IMG/VR virus record: IMGVR_UViG_3300033489_000001
Location: 126,023 to 190,022 of that record
Reading direction: 5' to 3' (one strand)
Length of the DNA stretch: 64,000 nt
From: a virus
Taxonomy: Duplodnaviria > Heunggongvirae > Uroviricota > Caudoviricetes
Under the pieces are notes generated by a model. The model was not told the DNA's origin. It saw only the letters and a list, made by a program, of their open reading frames with translations, and searched no databases. The position numbers and the translations under genes are program-made. Positions within the stretch are counted from its first letter, which is position 1, and every line of letters starts with the position of its first letter. Below, piece by piece: positions 18,546 to 27,272 of the stretch.

Positions 18546-19133
18546 ATGTCAAAGTCAGTGAAAGAGATAATTGAGGGACAGGTAGATGAACTTCGAGTAG
18601 CCACTATGGAAGTTCACAAAATACAGGAGGCCAGTGCCAAGCAGTTGGAAGGCGTAACTAAAGCGATAGGGGAGAGCCTCAAGTCCCCTATAAGGCGGAT
18701 GTGGGCCAAGTTGGCCGGTAAAGAAGCCACTCTTGCGCCTCTAGAAGAGATCGTGATGGACTTAGGGGAAGTTACGAATTCGTTAACGGAGTGTGTACAT
18801 GCCGTGGATTCGATAGAAGCGATCGGTCCCGGAAACATGCTGAAAGCCGTCACGGAAATTCATGAGGTGGCCGAAAGAAGCACGCTGCGGCTCAGGACCT
18901 TAACCTTAACCATGGAAGAAACTCTCAAGTCGCCCGTAGCGAAGTTAGCGGCCATGGCGACCGGGAAGAGGGCATTCTTCAACAAGCTGATTGACATAGA
19001 GAATAATCAAGCTTCGATCGTGGCTTGCCTAGCAGATTGCGTCAGCGGCGTGGCACAGATGAAGGAAGTTGCGGATGTGCAACGCGGAGTGACCTCCATT
19101 CCGGCTCCGGCCGCCGCCCAAGAGGGCAAGTAA
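18546..19133 (+). CDS. hypothetical protein
   Basis: 195 aa; promoter motif and GGGAG Shine-Dalgarno upstream. Confidence 0.65.
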   Translation: MSKSVKEIIEGQVDELRVATMEVHKIQEASAKQLEGVTKAIGESLKSPIRRMWAKLAGKEATLAPLEEIVMDLGEVTNSLTECVHAVDSIEAIGPGNMLKAVTEIHEVAERSTLRLRTLTLTMEETLKSPVAKLAAMATGKRAFFNKLIDIENNQASIVACLADCVSGVAQMKEVADVQRGVTSIPAPAAAQEGK

Positions 19134-19218
19134 AGCTAAACGTTTCCGGCTGGGGTGTGTCTCCCCCAGCCCAATTCGTGTTTCAAACAGAAATCCTATG
19201 TAGTCTGAGGTGCCTTAG

Positions 19219-19461
19219 ATGACAGATCACTTTTCCATTGGTAATGACGAACTTGAAAAGCTGCCCGAGGCGGAAGAGCTGGCTCAATGTCCGCGTTGCT
19301 TAGGCGTGCATCCCATCGTGTGGAGCACCGATCCCAAAGGGCAGCCAACTCGCGTCTTGGGGACCGTTCTATGTGAAGGAAAGCACTGGTTGGTGGCCGT
19401 GGCCGGGAAGTTAATACCACCCAACACATTCAAGAGCCCGAAGAGAGCCGCGACGGCCTGA
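19219..19461 (+). CDS. hypothetical protein
   Basis: 80 aa. Confidence 0.45.
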   Translation: MTDHFSIGNDELEKLPEAEELAQCPRCLGVHPIVWSTDPKGQPTRVLGTVLCEGKHWLVAVAGKLIPPNTFKSPKRAATA

Positions 19462-19469
19462 AGTAAGAG

Positions 19470-19787
19470 TTGAGTATGTCTAAAAAACCTGACGAAACAG
19501 TTAGAATGATCTGGATCTATCTCGAAGTAAAACGGCAGTTTCTAGAACTCAAGCGTACCGATCCCCGGTTGGATTGGAATTACCCTCCTACGCCTCCAGG
19601 AAAGGTCTACTTTCGCAAAGGCTATAACCCAAAGAGTGGATTTAATTATTGCTGCTGGGGCCATACCAAAGCCGAAGCGGCGGCCAAATACAATGAACTG
19701 TGGTTGAAACAAATCAAAGAGATCCAGGAACGAGCGGACAGAGAAATAGCCGAGCTACGAAAGCGGCTTGCAGCCGAAAACGTTTAA
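19470..19787 (+). CDS. hypothetical protein
   Basis: 105 aa. Confidence 0.5.
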   Translation: MSMSKKPDETVRMIWIYLEVKRQFLELKRTDPRLDWNYPPTPPGKVYFRKGYNPKSGFNYCCWGHTKAEAAAKYNELWLKQIKEIQERADREIAELRKRLAAENV

Positions 19788-19788
19788 G

Positions 19789-19989
19789 TTATGCCCTCAT
19801 GAAAAGAGCGTTCAACTCCGCCTTTAGGTCTTCCGTAGTAGGGGCCACACGACTGAAATCGTCCAAAAGGGCCAGCACTAACACAACGTCGATGGTGTTT
19901 ACAGTCACATCATACCCAAGCTCTTTGCAATATCGGGCGAAACGAACCTCAGTGGGATTTTTTGGGTCAATTTTCAGTATAGCTTCCAT
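19789..19989 (-). CDS. hypothetical protein (paralog of 30955-31155, shared YCKELGYD)
   Basis: 66 aa; ATG abuts promoter motif. Confidence 0.6.
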   Translation of the reverse strand: MEAILKIDPKNPTEVRFARYCKELGYDVTVNTIDVVLVLALLDDFSRVAPTTEDLKAELNALFMRA

Positions 19990-20024
19990 ATCTATTACTA
20001 CACCGGAGAGAGAAAAAATTCAAG
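19990..20024 (-). promoter_or_regulatory. M1 promoter motif
   Basis: Abuts ATG 19989. Confidence 0.7.
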
Positions 20025-20025
20025 T

Positions 20026-20268
20026 TTAAAGGCAGGGGTTTAGGTGTTTAAAGATAGAAAGCTGGCCGCCTTTTTTCTGTTGACAATACAGCTCGTTAGC
20101 GTGCCTTACGGCGACGGTTTTATTATTGAATCGCTGATCGGATTGCCCGGCCGGAGTGAAGACGCTCCACTTGGAATCATCCAAGCTAAGAATGAGATCG
20201 TAATAGAATCCGCCCCAAACGCGAGCTGTCAAACCCGTACGAGTCTTTTTCCAACTAAGCCGGTCCAT
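20026..20268 (-). CDS. hypothetical protein
   Basis: 80 aa; ATG abuts promoter motif. Confidence 0.55.
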   Translation of the reverse strand: MDRLSWKKTRTGLTARVWGGFYYDLILSLDDSKWSVFTPAGQSDQRFNNKTVAVRHANELYCQQKKGGQLSIFKHLNPCL

Positions 20269-20342
20269 ATCTATTACTACACTGAAAACCGAGAAAATTC
20301 AAGATCAAAAACTTGAATTATTCCCTTCTCCGGTGTAGTAAT
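20269..20342. promoter_or_regulatory. back-to-back divergent M1 promoter pair
   Basis: -35 elements form the inverted repeat ATTCAAGATCAAAAACTTGAAT; minus-side ATG 20268; plus side has no gene for ~200 bp. Confidence 0.65.
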
Positions 20343-20538
20343 AGAAGAGTACTAAGGACAAGTTAAACTTGAACGGGTGAGTCATTCTTAGTGACACAGA
20401 CAGCGTAGGGATGTGTATGATAATGATGACTGCTTCCTTACTAAATTGTGTTTTACCCTATAAGAAAACAAACTTGTGGTGTACAACTCTTTCTCACTCC
20501 CGGCTGTATTAAGGGATAACTTATGAAGGAATCTAGCA

Positions 20539-20727
20539 ATGTCTATAGCAATCTATGAAGAGGGACAAGAGATAGATCGAGTATCCGAAATGCCTAAAGC
20601 ATATGATGTAATAACGAACCGCTTAGAAGTAAGTTCCATACGCTTGCTGTTACAAGAAAACTTAGAACAAGGCGTTCGCTGGACCCATCAAGGCTCGGGT
20701 CGTTCTATTGAAGTGCTCTTCGAATAA
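20539..20727 (+). CDS. hypothetical protein
   Basis: 62 aa. Confidence 0.4.
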   Translation: MSIAIYEEGQEIDRVSEMPKAYDVITNRLEVSSIRLLLQENLEQGVRWTHQGSGRSIEVLFE

Positions 20728-20750
20728 CAAAAACCTAAGATCAGAAAAAG

Positions 20751-21044
20751 ATGAAAATAAACATCCTAAAAATAAATATCCTAAAAATATACCGCCGAAT
20801 CATAAAAGCTTCGATTCATAATAGGGGTGTACGATTAGTAAGGGACGACATTGTAAATTTAGGAATACGTTCCTTAGGCAAATCCGACGAAGTCTGGCAA
20901 AAGGTGTTTCAAGCTTACTTCCACTTAGAAGGAAAGCTCACTTTAACCAAGGAAGAAGTCGCCCACCTGGCCAAAACTATTGAACTACGAGACACCCTGA
21001 GGCCGCCCGCCATGAGAGGGAAGAGCCTGTGGCCGTTAGCCTAA
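20751..21044 (+). CDS. hypothetical protein
   Basis: 97 aa; 5' end contains a 17-nt direct repeat. Confidence 0.4.
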   Translation: MKINILKINILKIYRRIIKASIHNRGVRLVRDDIVNLGIRSLGKSDEVWQKVFQAYFHLEGKLTLTKEEVAHLAKTIELRDTLRPPAMRGKSLWPLA

Positions 21045-21078
21045 GCAAAGCGTAATATACTATCAAAGGAATTTTGAT

Positions 21079-21282
21079 ATGGGTGACATTACTATATTTT
21101 TCAAAGATGGCCACGTTATTGGCTCCTGCCCTGTTGGTCACGAACAGGAGTGGGTCCAGCCTGGGAAAGGTAGGGAATCACAGAGCTATAACTCTACTAA
21201 ACGCTCAACCGATGAATGTTGGCATAATTGGGCAAGGGCTCGTGTTCACGTATCTGAAGAAATAGCCCAACGGGAACTTTGA
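21079..21282 (+). CDS. hypothetical protein
   Basis: 67 aa. Confidence 0.35.
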   Translation: MGDITIFFKDGHVIGSCPVGHEQEWVQPGKGRESQSYNSTKRSTDECWHNWARARVHVSEEIAQREL

Positions 21283-21317
21283 CAGCTAAAGCCGTGTTTT
21301 AGCCACAACCAGTTCAT

Positions 21318-21391
21318 ATCTATTATTACAAAAAGAGAATAATTCAAAATCAAAAACTTGAATTATTCTCTTCTGCGGTGTAGTAATAGAT
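21318..21391. promoter_or_regulatory. back-to-back divergent M1 promoter pair
   Basis: ATTCAAAATCAAAAACTTGAAT; plus-side ATG 21392; minus side followed by only a 23-codon ORF. Confidence 0.65.
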
Positions 21392-21580
21392 ATGGCAAAT
21401 TCATGTCTATGCCCAGACGCACGAATGGTACACAAAATCCGTGAACTCTATACGGCCGTGACGTCTAATTGTGAGCAAGACCTTCAAAATCGCTGCCACA
21501 TTGGAACGTGGCTATGCCCTCTTTTTATAGAACCCCCTATAGTGATTGATGAGAGAAAAGAAGACCATGAAAAGGTATAA
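21392..21580 (+). CDS. hypothetical protein
   Basis: 62 aa; ATG abuts promoter motif. Confidence 0.55.
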   Translation: MANSCLCPDARMVHKIRELYTAVTSNCEQDLQNRCHIGTWLCPLFIEPPIVIDERKEDHEKV

Positions 21581-21800
21581 TTACCCTCTGGTTTGCAAAG
21601 CCACCTCGAGGGTTGGAAGCTGCCACATCAACCGGACGATCGGAGGCCAGGGGTTGTCTTACAACGAGGTCCTAAAGAAAATTACTATGGAGCGCGAGCG
21701 GGATATGCATGACATTCGGGAGTTTGAAGGTCAGATGTTGAGCATTCAAGACCTTACCGGCGCGGTGCATCAACGGAAGATTACACTAGACTTAGCTTGA
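21546..21800 (+). CDS. hypothetical protein
   Basis: 84 aa. Confidence 0.45.
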   Translation: MMREKKTMKRYNYPLVCKATSRVGSCHINRTIGGQGLSYNEVLKKITMERERDMHDIREFEGQMLSIQDLTGAVHQRKITLDLA

Positions 21801-21807
21801 GAAAAAC

Positions 21808-21841
21808 TTGAATTATTCTCTTCCTCGGTGTAGTAATAGAT
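21808..21841 (+). promoter_or_regulatory. M1 promoter motif
   Basis: Abuts ATG 21842. Confidence 0.7.
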
Positions 21842-22129
21842 ATGGGTAAAGACGAAAGAATTCCATTGAAGATTAAAGTGGGGGAGCTGTTTACCGGTCG
21901 CAAATCATTGCGTCCTTATAAGACCTGCTACAGCATAACGTCTACCTATATGGACGAAGTTTATACACACGGCTATCACGTTACCGCCGAATCCAAAACC
22001 GATATTACGATGGTGTTACGGGCGTTACTCATACGTCAAGGGACCACTTGGGCAGAAGCTAACAAACGGGCGGTGGCCGTTGCTAAAATGACTCCGACCA
22101 GCTGGGGCACCTATGATACCCTCTTGTAA
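21842..22129 (+). CDS. hypothetical protein
   Basis: 95 aa; ATG abuts promoter motif. Confidence 0.6.
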   Translation: MGKDERIPLKIKVGELFTGRKSLRPYKTCYSITSTYMDEVYTHGYHVTAESKTDITMVLRALLIRQGTTWAEANKRAVAVAKMTPTSWGTYDTLL

Positions 22130-22148
22130 AAAAGAAAGAATCTAACCG

Positions 22149-22445
22149 ATGGTTATAAAGTTTCGAGTAACAACCCATGACGGAGAAAATTATGTGGGGC
22201 CAATTCAAGGGAACGGCGGAAAGATAGGCAACTCCGCTCTTTACTTAGGATTGGCCGCCACCCGTGATATCGCTTTGAGGGACCTGCGTAAGCAAATTGG
22301 ACGGGCTAAAGACCATAGAAGCATACAGATCTACGAGCCTAAGCCGTTCCACGTGGCTATCTATCCGGACTACAGTGACGAGGGCGATGGAGAGCCCTTA
22401 GCTGTCAGTCTGCTCGATGATCACTTTGAACTAGCTCCGGAGTGA
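22149..22445 (+). CDS. hypothetical protein
   Basis: 98 aa. Confidence 0.5.
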   Translation: MVIKFRVTTHDGENYVGPIQGNGGKIGNSALYLGLAATRDIALRDLRKQIGRAKDHRSIQIYEPKPFHVAIYPDYSDEGDGEPLAVSLLDDHFELAPE

Positions 22446-22461
22446 GCCTAAAGGATAGGCG

Positions 22462-22845
22462 ATGGCTTACTGCAAACGCTCTGGATATTGCTGCATCATG
22501 TATGACGTAATTATTGCCATCGAAGAGCCAGATTGTCAGCTCGGACTTTATCACAAACCTACTGGCGTTCGTTGCCCGCACCTGAGCTTCGAGCCGGAAA
22601 CTGGAGACGCCGTCTGTGCTGTTCATGATGAACCTTGGTTCCCACAAACCCCGTGCTACTCTTTTAATAACCCGGACATTGATCCGGACGCCTGCTGTCA
22701 TAAAGGCGGCTGCCGCATTGGACCGTACGTAAGGGAAAAAGAAGGTGGCTGCTTAGCCGAGTTCATGCAAGTCCACTCTAAAGGTCAAGTTGAAAGGTTA
22801 GGTGCTTGGTCGGACTGGCAAGATGGCGTAGAAGAAGATGATTAA
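22462..22845 (+). CDS. Cys-rich hypothetical protein
   Basis: 127 aa, many Cys/His. Confidence 0.5.
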   Translation: MAYCKRSGYCCIMYDVIIAIEEPDCQLGLYHKPTGVRCPHLSFEPETGDAVCAVHDEPWFPQTPCYSFNNPDIDPDACCHKGGCRIGPYVREKEGGCLAEFMQVHSKGQVERLGAWSDWQDGVEEDD

Positions 22846-23040
22846 AACGCTTGGAGTTCAAAGCCCAAATTGTATCGATTGTCTCCTTTCTTTTAGGGAT
22901 TATAAGAAGCGTGCTCGTTGCAATCATCCCGAAGCCAATAGGATGAAAGTACGCATCTATTGGTCGGAGCCCCCGGAGAACTGCCCTCTAAGAAAAGGGC
23001 CTTTAATCATTAAACGGGTCTTCTAATTGGAGAAACACAG

Positions 23041-23232
23041 ATGACGCTCTTTGCAGTAATTTATGATAAACTCTTTCCTACATGTGATTGTTGCGGCAAA
23101 AAAGTGCTCAGATGGACTAAGCTTGTTGAATATACCCCTTGCATAATACGTGCTCATGGTTGTGGGCCTATTGATTATTTCAAAAGCAAGAAGCTTTGTT
23201 TGAGATGTAATAAATATTTTGAGTACTTTTAG
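23041..23232 (+). CDS. Zn-ribbon small protein
   Basis: 63 aa, CDCCGKK...CLRC. Confidence 0.4.
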   Translation: MTLFAVIYDKLFPTCDCCGKKVLRWTKLVEYTPCIIRAHGCGPIDYFKSKKLCLRCNKYFEYF

Positions 23233-23335
23233 ATTGTATTGGAAAGTCCTTCCTCCTAAGCGATGATAGTCCCGGCTCACTTGACCAAAACAGGCTTGTG
23301 GGCTATCCCCAAACAAATCTTAAGGAGTAAACTCA

Positions 23336-23692
23336 ATGCCTGAAGATAAAGACCTCGCCTACCGTCTTCAAAAAATAGTCTCTAATATCCCTGACCTCAA
23401 CTCCAGAGCTAAGATCTTCCTTGAACAGACGCTTATACCAACCCTAGAAGCCTTCATGGACCAAGACCTGGATTTCTTATCTATAGTGGCCCTGAGCCAT
23501 GACCTCGCCATTCAAGATTGGTTCCATACCGATTATGATAATGTCCTCTATGAAGCTTCCGGCCGCCTCCAAGCCATCGCTGGGCTACTATCCGCTTATG
23601 CCCTCCAGAGCGATATGAAGCCCTCTGAAGAAGATTGTGAAGCTTGCAACTGCCCTGATTGCTCTCCTACCGAAAAAGAGGGCGCTAACTAA
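23336..23692 (+). CDS. hypothetical protein (paralog of 27311-27652)
   Basis: 118 aa; shared RLQxIV...VQDWFH...YEASGRLQA...CxCPxCS...KEGAN. Confidence 0.55.
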   Translation: MPEDKDLAYRLQKIVSNIPDLNSRAKIFLEQTLIPTLEAFMDQDLDFLSIVALSHDLAIQDWFHTDYDNVLYEASGRLQAIAGLLSAYALQSDMKPSEEDCEACNCPDCSPTEKEGAN

Positions 23693-23707
23693 AAAAGGAG
23701 AGTACTC

Positions 23708-24112
23708 ATGACCTGTCATTACCCTACCCTATTAGCAGAAGCCGAAAGCAAACTCCTAAAACTTGGATGGGAAAAAACCAATGGCTCCTATTCTTCGGGT
23801 AAAGATAAAAGCATAGGTTACCCCCTAACCCTAGCTCTGGAAGCTGAAAGCAAACTCCTAACTCAAATGGTGCTCGACTTGAAAAACTTCGCCCCACAAG
23901 AACCCGCTTCCATAGAAAAGGTCAACACTACATATCAGCATGAGGATGTCCTTACACGCCTCCATAGCCTAGAACTCAGCATGGCCGCCCATAAACAACA
24001 AATAAGTAAGCTCGATACGTTTAGAGCAACCCTCCTTCAAGGAATAAAAGCGTCCCTCCTCCCGGATGCCCAAGAGTGGCTTGCAGAAGAAAACCCAAAG
24101 CCAAATAAATAA
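23708..24112 (+). CDS. KLGW-family protein (paralog family A)
   Basis: 134 aa; LxKLGW...Y...ALEAE motif shared with 27695, 35847, 36324, 38405, 39621. Confidence 0.55.
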   Translation: MTCHYPTLLAEAESKLLKLGWEKTNGSYSSGKDKSIGYPLTLALEAESKLLTQMVLDLKNFAPQEPASIEKVNTTYQHEDVLTRLHSLELSMAAHKQQISKLDTFRATLLQGIKASLLPDAQEWLAEENPKPNK

Positions 24113-25150
24113 ATAAATAGCCTCATCTTTATTTATAAAGATCCCTACCCTTTATTTATAGCCTCATCTTTATTTATAGCCTCTGGCTATTTTTTAATTT
24201 CAAAAATCCGTACCTCCCTATTTTTATAATTGGATAGCCGCAATAAATGGTACGGATCTTGATTTGATCAACTACAGTTGCTATATCATCAAGATGGGGC
24301 TATTTACTCTCTCTATTCCGATCTTGATTTGATCAACTACAGTTGCTATATCATCAAGATCCCTCGAACGACAATGGCATAACCTTTGCCCGGCCTTCGG
24401 GCCGGGCGTGGTGAGCCTTAGGTCACTCGAATATTCTTCCTATCTTTATTTATAAAGATCCTCATAATTATTTTCATCTTTATTTATAAAGATCCCACGT
24501 ATACACGAGCCATGCTCCGCCCCGTAGGGGCGGCTGGCATTGTCAATGTAAAATTCACATGCCTGCTGAATAAAATTGTCAGGCCGGAAATACCGTTACC
24601 ATTGTAATCTAACAGTGCGAAATCATTTATTGTTTTGTACAAGAACCATGCCAATATATTTTCCATATTTTCCAACCTTTTCAGAAAATAAGTTTACATT
24701 CTGACTGTACAGGATCTTGATAAATAGGGTTTTGAAAAATAGAAGTAATCAAATAAATTGGATCAATCTTTATAAATAAAGACAGGATGAATAATCTGAG
24801 GGTAATGGGGCTTACCCGGCCGGGCCTTCGGGGGGCACGGCAAGGTTATTCCCATTACCTAGACTACCGTAGAGTGGAAGGAGGTGCATAAGCGACAACC
24901 GAGGCATGGCCCTGGGGCTGGGTGATAAGGCTTAGGGCGTGTCATAGAGGCTTGGGGGCGGAATTGACGCTGTTACTAGTACTAGATAGGGTTTAGGGCG
25001 GGATTAGGGGATTGAGGGGGCTCTGATAGGGGTATGGAAGGCTTTAGGCAACCTTCTTGGAACAAAGGGGGGGGTTGATTAAATAAAAGGTCAAAGGCAA
25101 ACTAGCTTGGTGTTATTTAGAGATTGGAAAGAGCAAGGTTGAGAAAGGGA
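24113..25150. repeat. repeat-dense non-coding region B, inverted relative to region A, followed by a G-rich tract
   Basis: 42 bp palindromes in opposite orientation at 24255-24295 and 24311-24352, >=4 M2 palindromes, UUCG hairpins, TTAGGG-like G-runs at 24850-25090. Confidence 0.7.
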
Positions 25151-25160
25151 TAAAGTTGCT

Positions 25161-25427
25161 GTGTTCAGATTCCACATAAAGGATTACATAGGGCAAAGAG
25201 TCTGCGAGCACGTTAGACTAAAACTAGATTTTCCTACTGATGTACAAAATGCGGGTGAAAAGGTTAGGTACACCTTGGGTCACGAAGGAACTCAATGCTT
25301 CTGTAATTTGAGACTTCTTACGGGGCTTTCAGGGGAAGATTTGTTTCAAGCTTTAGAGGAGCTTAGGGACAAAGGAGTGGTTATTTTCTTAGGGGGGCCT
25401 TTTCGACTATTTAGTGGGAAAAGTTAG
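25161..25427 (+). CDS. hypothetical protein
   Basis: 88 aa ORF after G-rich tract. Confidence 0.3.
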   Translation: MFRFHIKDYIGQRVCEHVRLKLDFPTDVQNAGEKVRYTLGHEGTQCFCNLRLLTGLSGEDLFQALEELRDKGVVIFLGGPFRLFSGKS

Positions 25428-25643
25428 TTGGGAGATATGAATGACGCGGCGTAAGAAAGCTCCTCCTCCCCCTCTTGGCATCATTGTTCCCTATGTGAGT
25501 TTCCTTTACGCTATTGCCTGGGGCTTCTTTCTATCTTCGGGAGACGTGATTCTGTCCGACGTGTGGTTTTCATTATATGCCTAGGGAGCTTCCCCCTGCT
25601 TTGGGACAGCTTTTAAACTGGCTAGAGCATCCGCATAAAAGGG

Positions 25644-25678
25644 CATCTTTATTTATAAAGATAATTACGGGATTTTTT
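25644..25678 (+). promoter_or_regulatory. M2 palindromic motif ATCTTTATTTATAAAGAT + AATTACGGGATTTTT
   Basis: Second conserved upstream element class. Confidence 0.45.
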
Positions 25679-25734
25679 GAAATAAGGGAAGCTGAACCTT
25701 GATAGGCCAGGGTTCCGGTGTAATACTAGCTTGT

Positions 25735-25768
25735 GATCTTTATTTATAAAGATAATTACGGGATTTTT
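25735..25768 (+). promoter_or_regulatory. M2 motif
   Basis: Repeat of the 25644 element, ~70 nt upstream of ATG 25810. Confidence 0.45.
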
Positions 25769-25809
25769 GGGTTAGGCAGAGGTGCAGAATCTTTTCTTTT
25801 TTAGGAATT

Positions 25810-26196
25810 ATGAATACAAAGCGTCCTGATTGTTTAGCTTGTGGGGTATGTTGTTGGGCTATGGAAGAGGCCAAGCTACTGGATTCTTGGGGTCGGAAGC
25901 ACATTGTAGAGGTTCCCTGGAATGATCCTCACGCTTGGGTAGGGACTTACGGAGCCATTGAGACCAAGTGGCGAACGATGAAGGCTGGTCCTTTGAAAGG
26001 GCGGGAGATTCTTATTTGTGAAGCTTTACGAGGCTCGATGCTTCATCGAGTTAAATGCAGTATTTATGAAAAGAGGCCTTCGGTTTGTAAGGTGACTTTT
26101 CGGCCTGGGGACTTAGCATGTTTGAAGTTGAGGAGGAGGCTTGTAAGTGAAACATACAAGGTGTCTAGACAAGAAGACGCCACAAGAGGTCCTTGA
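25810..26196 (+). CDS. YkgJ-family CxxCxxCC zinc/iron-chelating domain protein
   Basis: 128 aa; CLACGVCC ... CSIYEKRPSVC pattern. Confidence 0.6.
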   Translation: MNTKRPDCLACGVCCWAMEEAKLLDSWGRKHIVEVPWNDPHAWVGTYGAIETKWRTMKAGPLKGREILICEALRGSMLHRVKCSIYEKRPSVCKVTFRPGDLACLKLRRRLVSETYKVSRQEDATRGP

Positions 26197-26334
26197 GGTT
26201 TTAGAGCCTTTAGAAAGCCTCCAGTTCCTATCTTAGATGAACAGAGCTAATCTTGGCTTTTCCGCCTATAAAGGCAAAGGGGAGCCATTTAGAGCAAGTG
26301 CTGGGCATTACGAAAGCGATTAGAAAGGAAAGAT

Positions 26335-26604
26335 ATGATTCCGAAACATCTTCTTCCGCGTACCGTGTTACTAGAAGTTGTCAACCACGAGGAGTACGTT
26401 GAATACGAATCTGAACTTGACCCTGACGGCAAACAAACTTTGAAGCGTAGCCTTGATGGCAAGCCCATTAAAATTGAAGGTTCCGAAACCGCTTTCCTTC
26501 ATTTGAAAGCCCTTGATGGTAAAATCATTCGAGCGCAGATCTCGCATGAAAATCTTGACAAAATCTTAGCTCTCAGATTTCCTGAAGACTTTGACAAGAA
26601 ATAA
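26335..26604 (+). CDS. hypothetical protein
   Basis: 89 aa. Confidence 0.45.
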   Translation: MIPKHLLPRTVLLEVVNHEEYVEYESELDPDGKQTLKRSLDGKPIKIEGSETAFLHLKALDGKIIRAQISHENLDKILALRFPEDFDKK

Positions 26605-26607
26605 AGG

Positions 26608-26636
26608 CTATTTATAAAGATAATTGCGGGCTTTTT
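26608..26636 (+). promoter_or_regulatory. M2 motif (half palindrome) + GGTGTAGAGCTATT
   Basis: Upstream of ATG 26668. Confidence 0.45.
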
Positions 26637-26667
26637 CGGTGTAGAGCTATTATGGAAGCTCCAAATT

Positions 26668-26937
26668 ATGACGAAAGACAAGTTTGAGACCTTAATGCGT
26701 GAGATCACTATAGCGAAGGCGAAGCTTGAAGCTGCTAATATGGCCGTAGATCGAATATGTCTTTCCGAGAAATACCTAGATGCCGTCCGTGGCCATCTAG
26801 GTCATTTTAAGAGAATTAATGGCAAACGGTCTTTACTTGGGTATCCGGTTTACAGGTCCTTGGGTTCTTACGTTAGGTCTTCGGCTAAATTTGGCAAGAA
26901 GGCCATGTATATAGAGTTTTCAGGGCTAGCGGATTAA
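26668..26937 (+). CDS. hypothetical protein (MTKDKFETLM paralog 1)
   Basis: 89 aa; tandem paralog of 26996-27265; palindromic promoter motif upstream. Confidence 0.55.
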   Translation: MTKDKFETLMREITIAKAKLEAANMAVDRICLSEKYLDAVRGHLGHFKRINGKRSLLGYPVYRSLGSYVRSSAKFGKKAMYIEFSGLAD

Positions 26938-26943
26938 TTCATG

Positions 26944-26995
26944 CATCTTTATAAATAAAGATATTTAGCGGGTTTTTGAGGTGTAGAGCTATTGC
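26944..26995 (+). promoter_or_regulatory. M2 motif + GGTGTAGAGCTATTGC -10-like box
   Basis: CATCTTTATAAATAAAGATATTTAGCGGGTTTTTGAGGTGTAGAGCTATTGC then ATG. Confidence 0.5.
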
Positions 26996-27265
26996 ATGAC
27001 AAAAGACAAATTTGAGACTTTGATGTCCGAGATAGCTAAGGCGAAGAGCAAGCTTGAAGCTGCTGATGTTCCGGTGGATCGTATATACATCACCAAGGAG
27101 TACCTAGATGCCATTCGTGGTTATGTAGGGCATTTAGAGAGGCTTGAGGGTAAGCCATCTTTATTTGGGCATCCGGTTTTTAGGGGGCCGGAATCGTTAG
27201 TTACCTCTTCGGCTAAGTTTGGCCTCCGGTGTGTGAAGATAGAGTTTTCGAGGCTAGAGGATTAA
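26996..27265 (+). CDS. hypothetical protein (MTKDKFETLM paralog 2)
   Basis: 89 aa; tandem paralog. Confidence 0.55.
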   Translation: MTKDKFETLMSEIAKAKSKLEAADVPVDRIYITKEYLDAIRGYVGHLERLEGKPSLFGHPVFRGPESLVTSSAKFGLRCVKIEFSRLED

Positions 27266-27272
27266 TTCCAGC

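Noticed and set aside
14000-24400. Composite transposon bounded by the A/B inverted repeats
   Set aside because: No transposase or recombinase gene and no target-site duplication are visible. The inverted-repeat relationship is reported, but mobility is not claimed.
24484-24675. ORF 24484-24675 (-)
   Set aside because: It lies inside repeat region B, is strand-inconsistent and has no start context.
24850-25100. Interpreting the TTAGGG-like tract as a true telomere
   Set aside because: Only three imperfect units lie internal to the sequence, in a bacterial-type context. It is retained only as a possible G-quadruplex regulatory tract.
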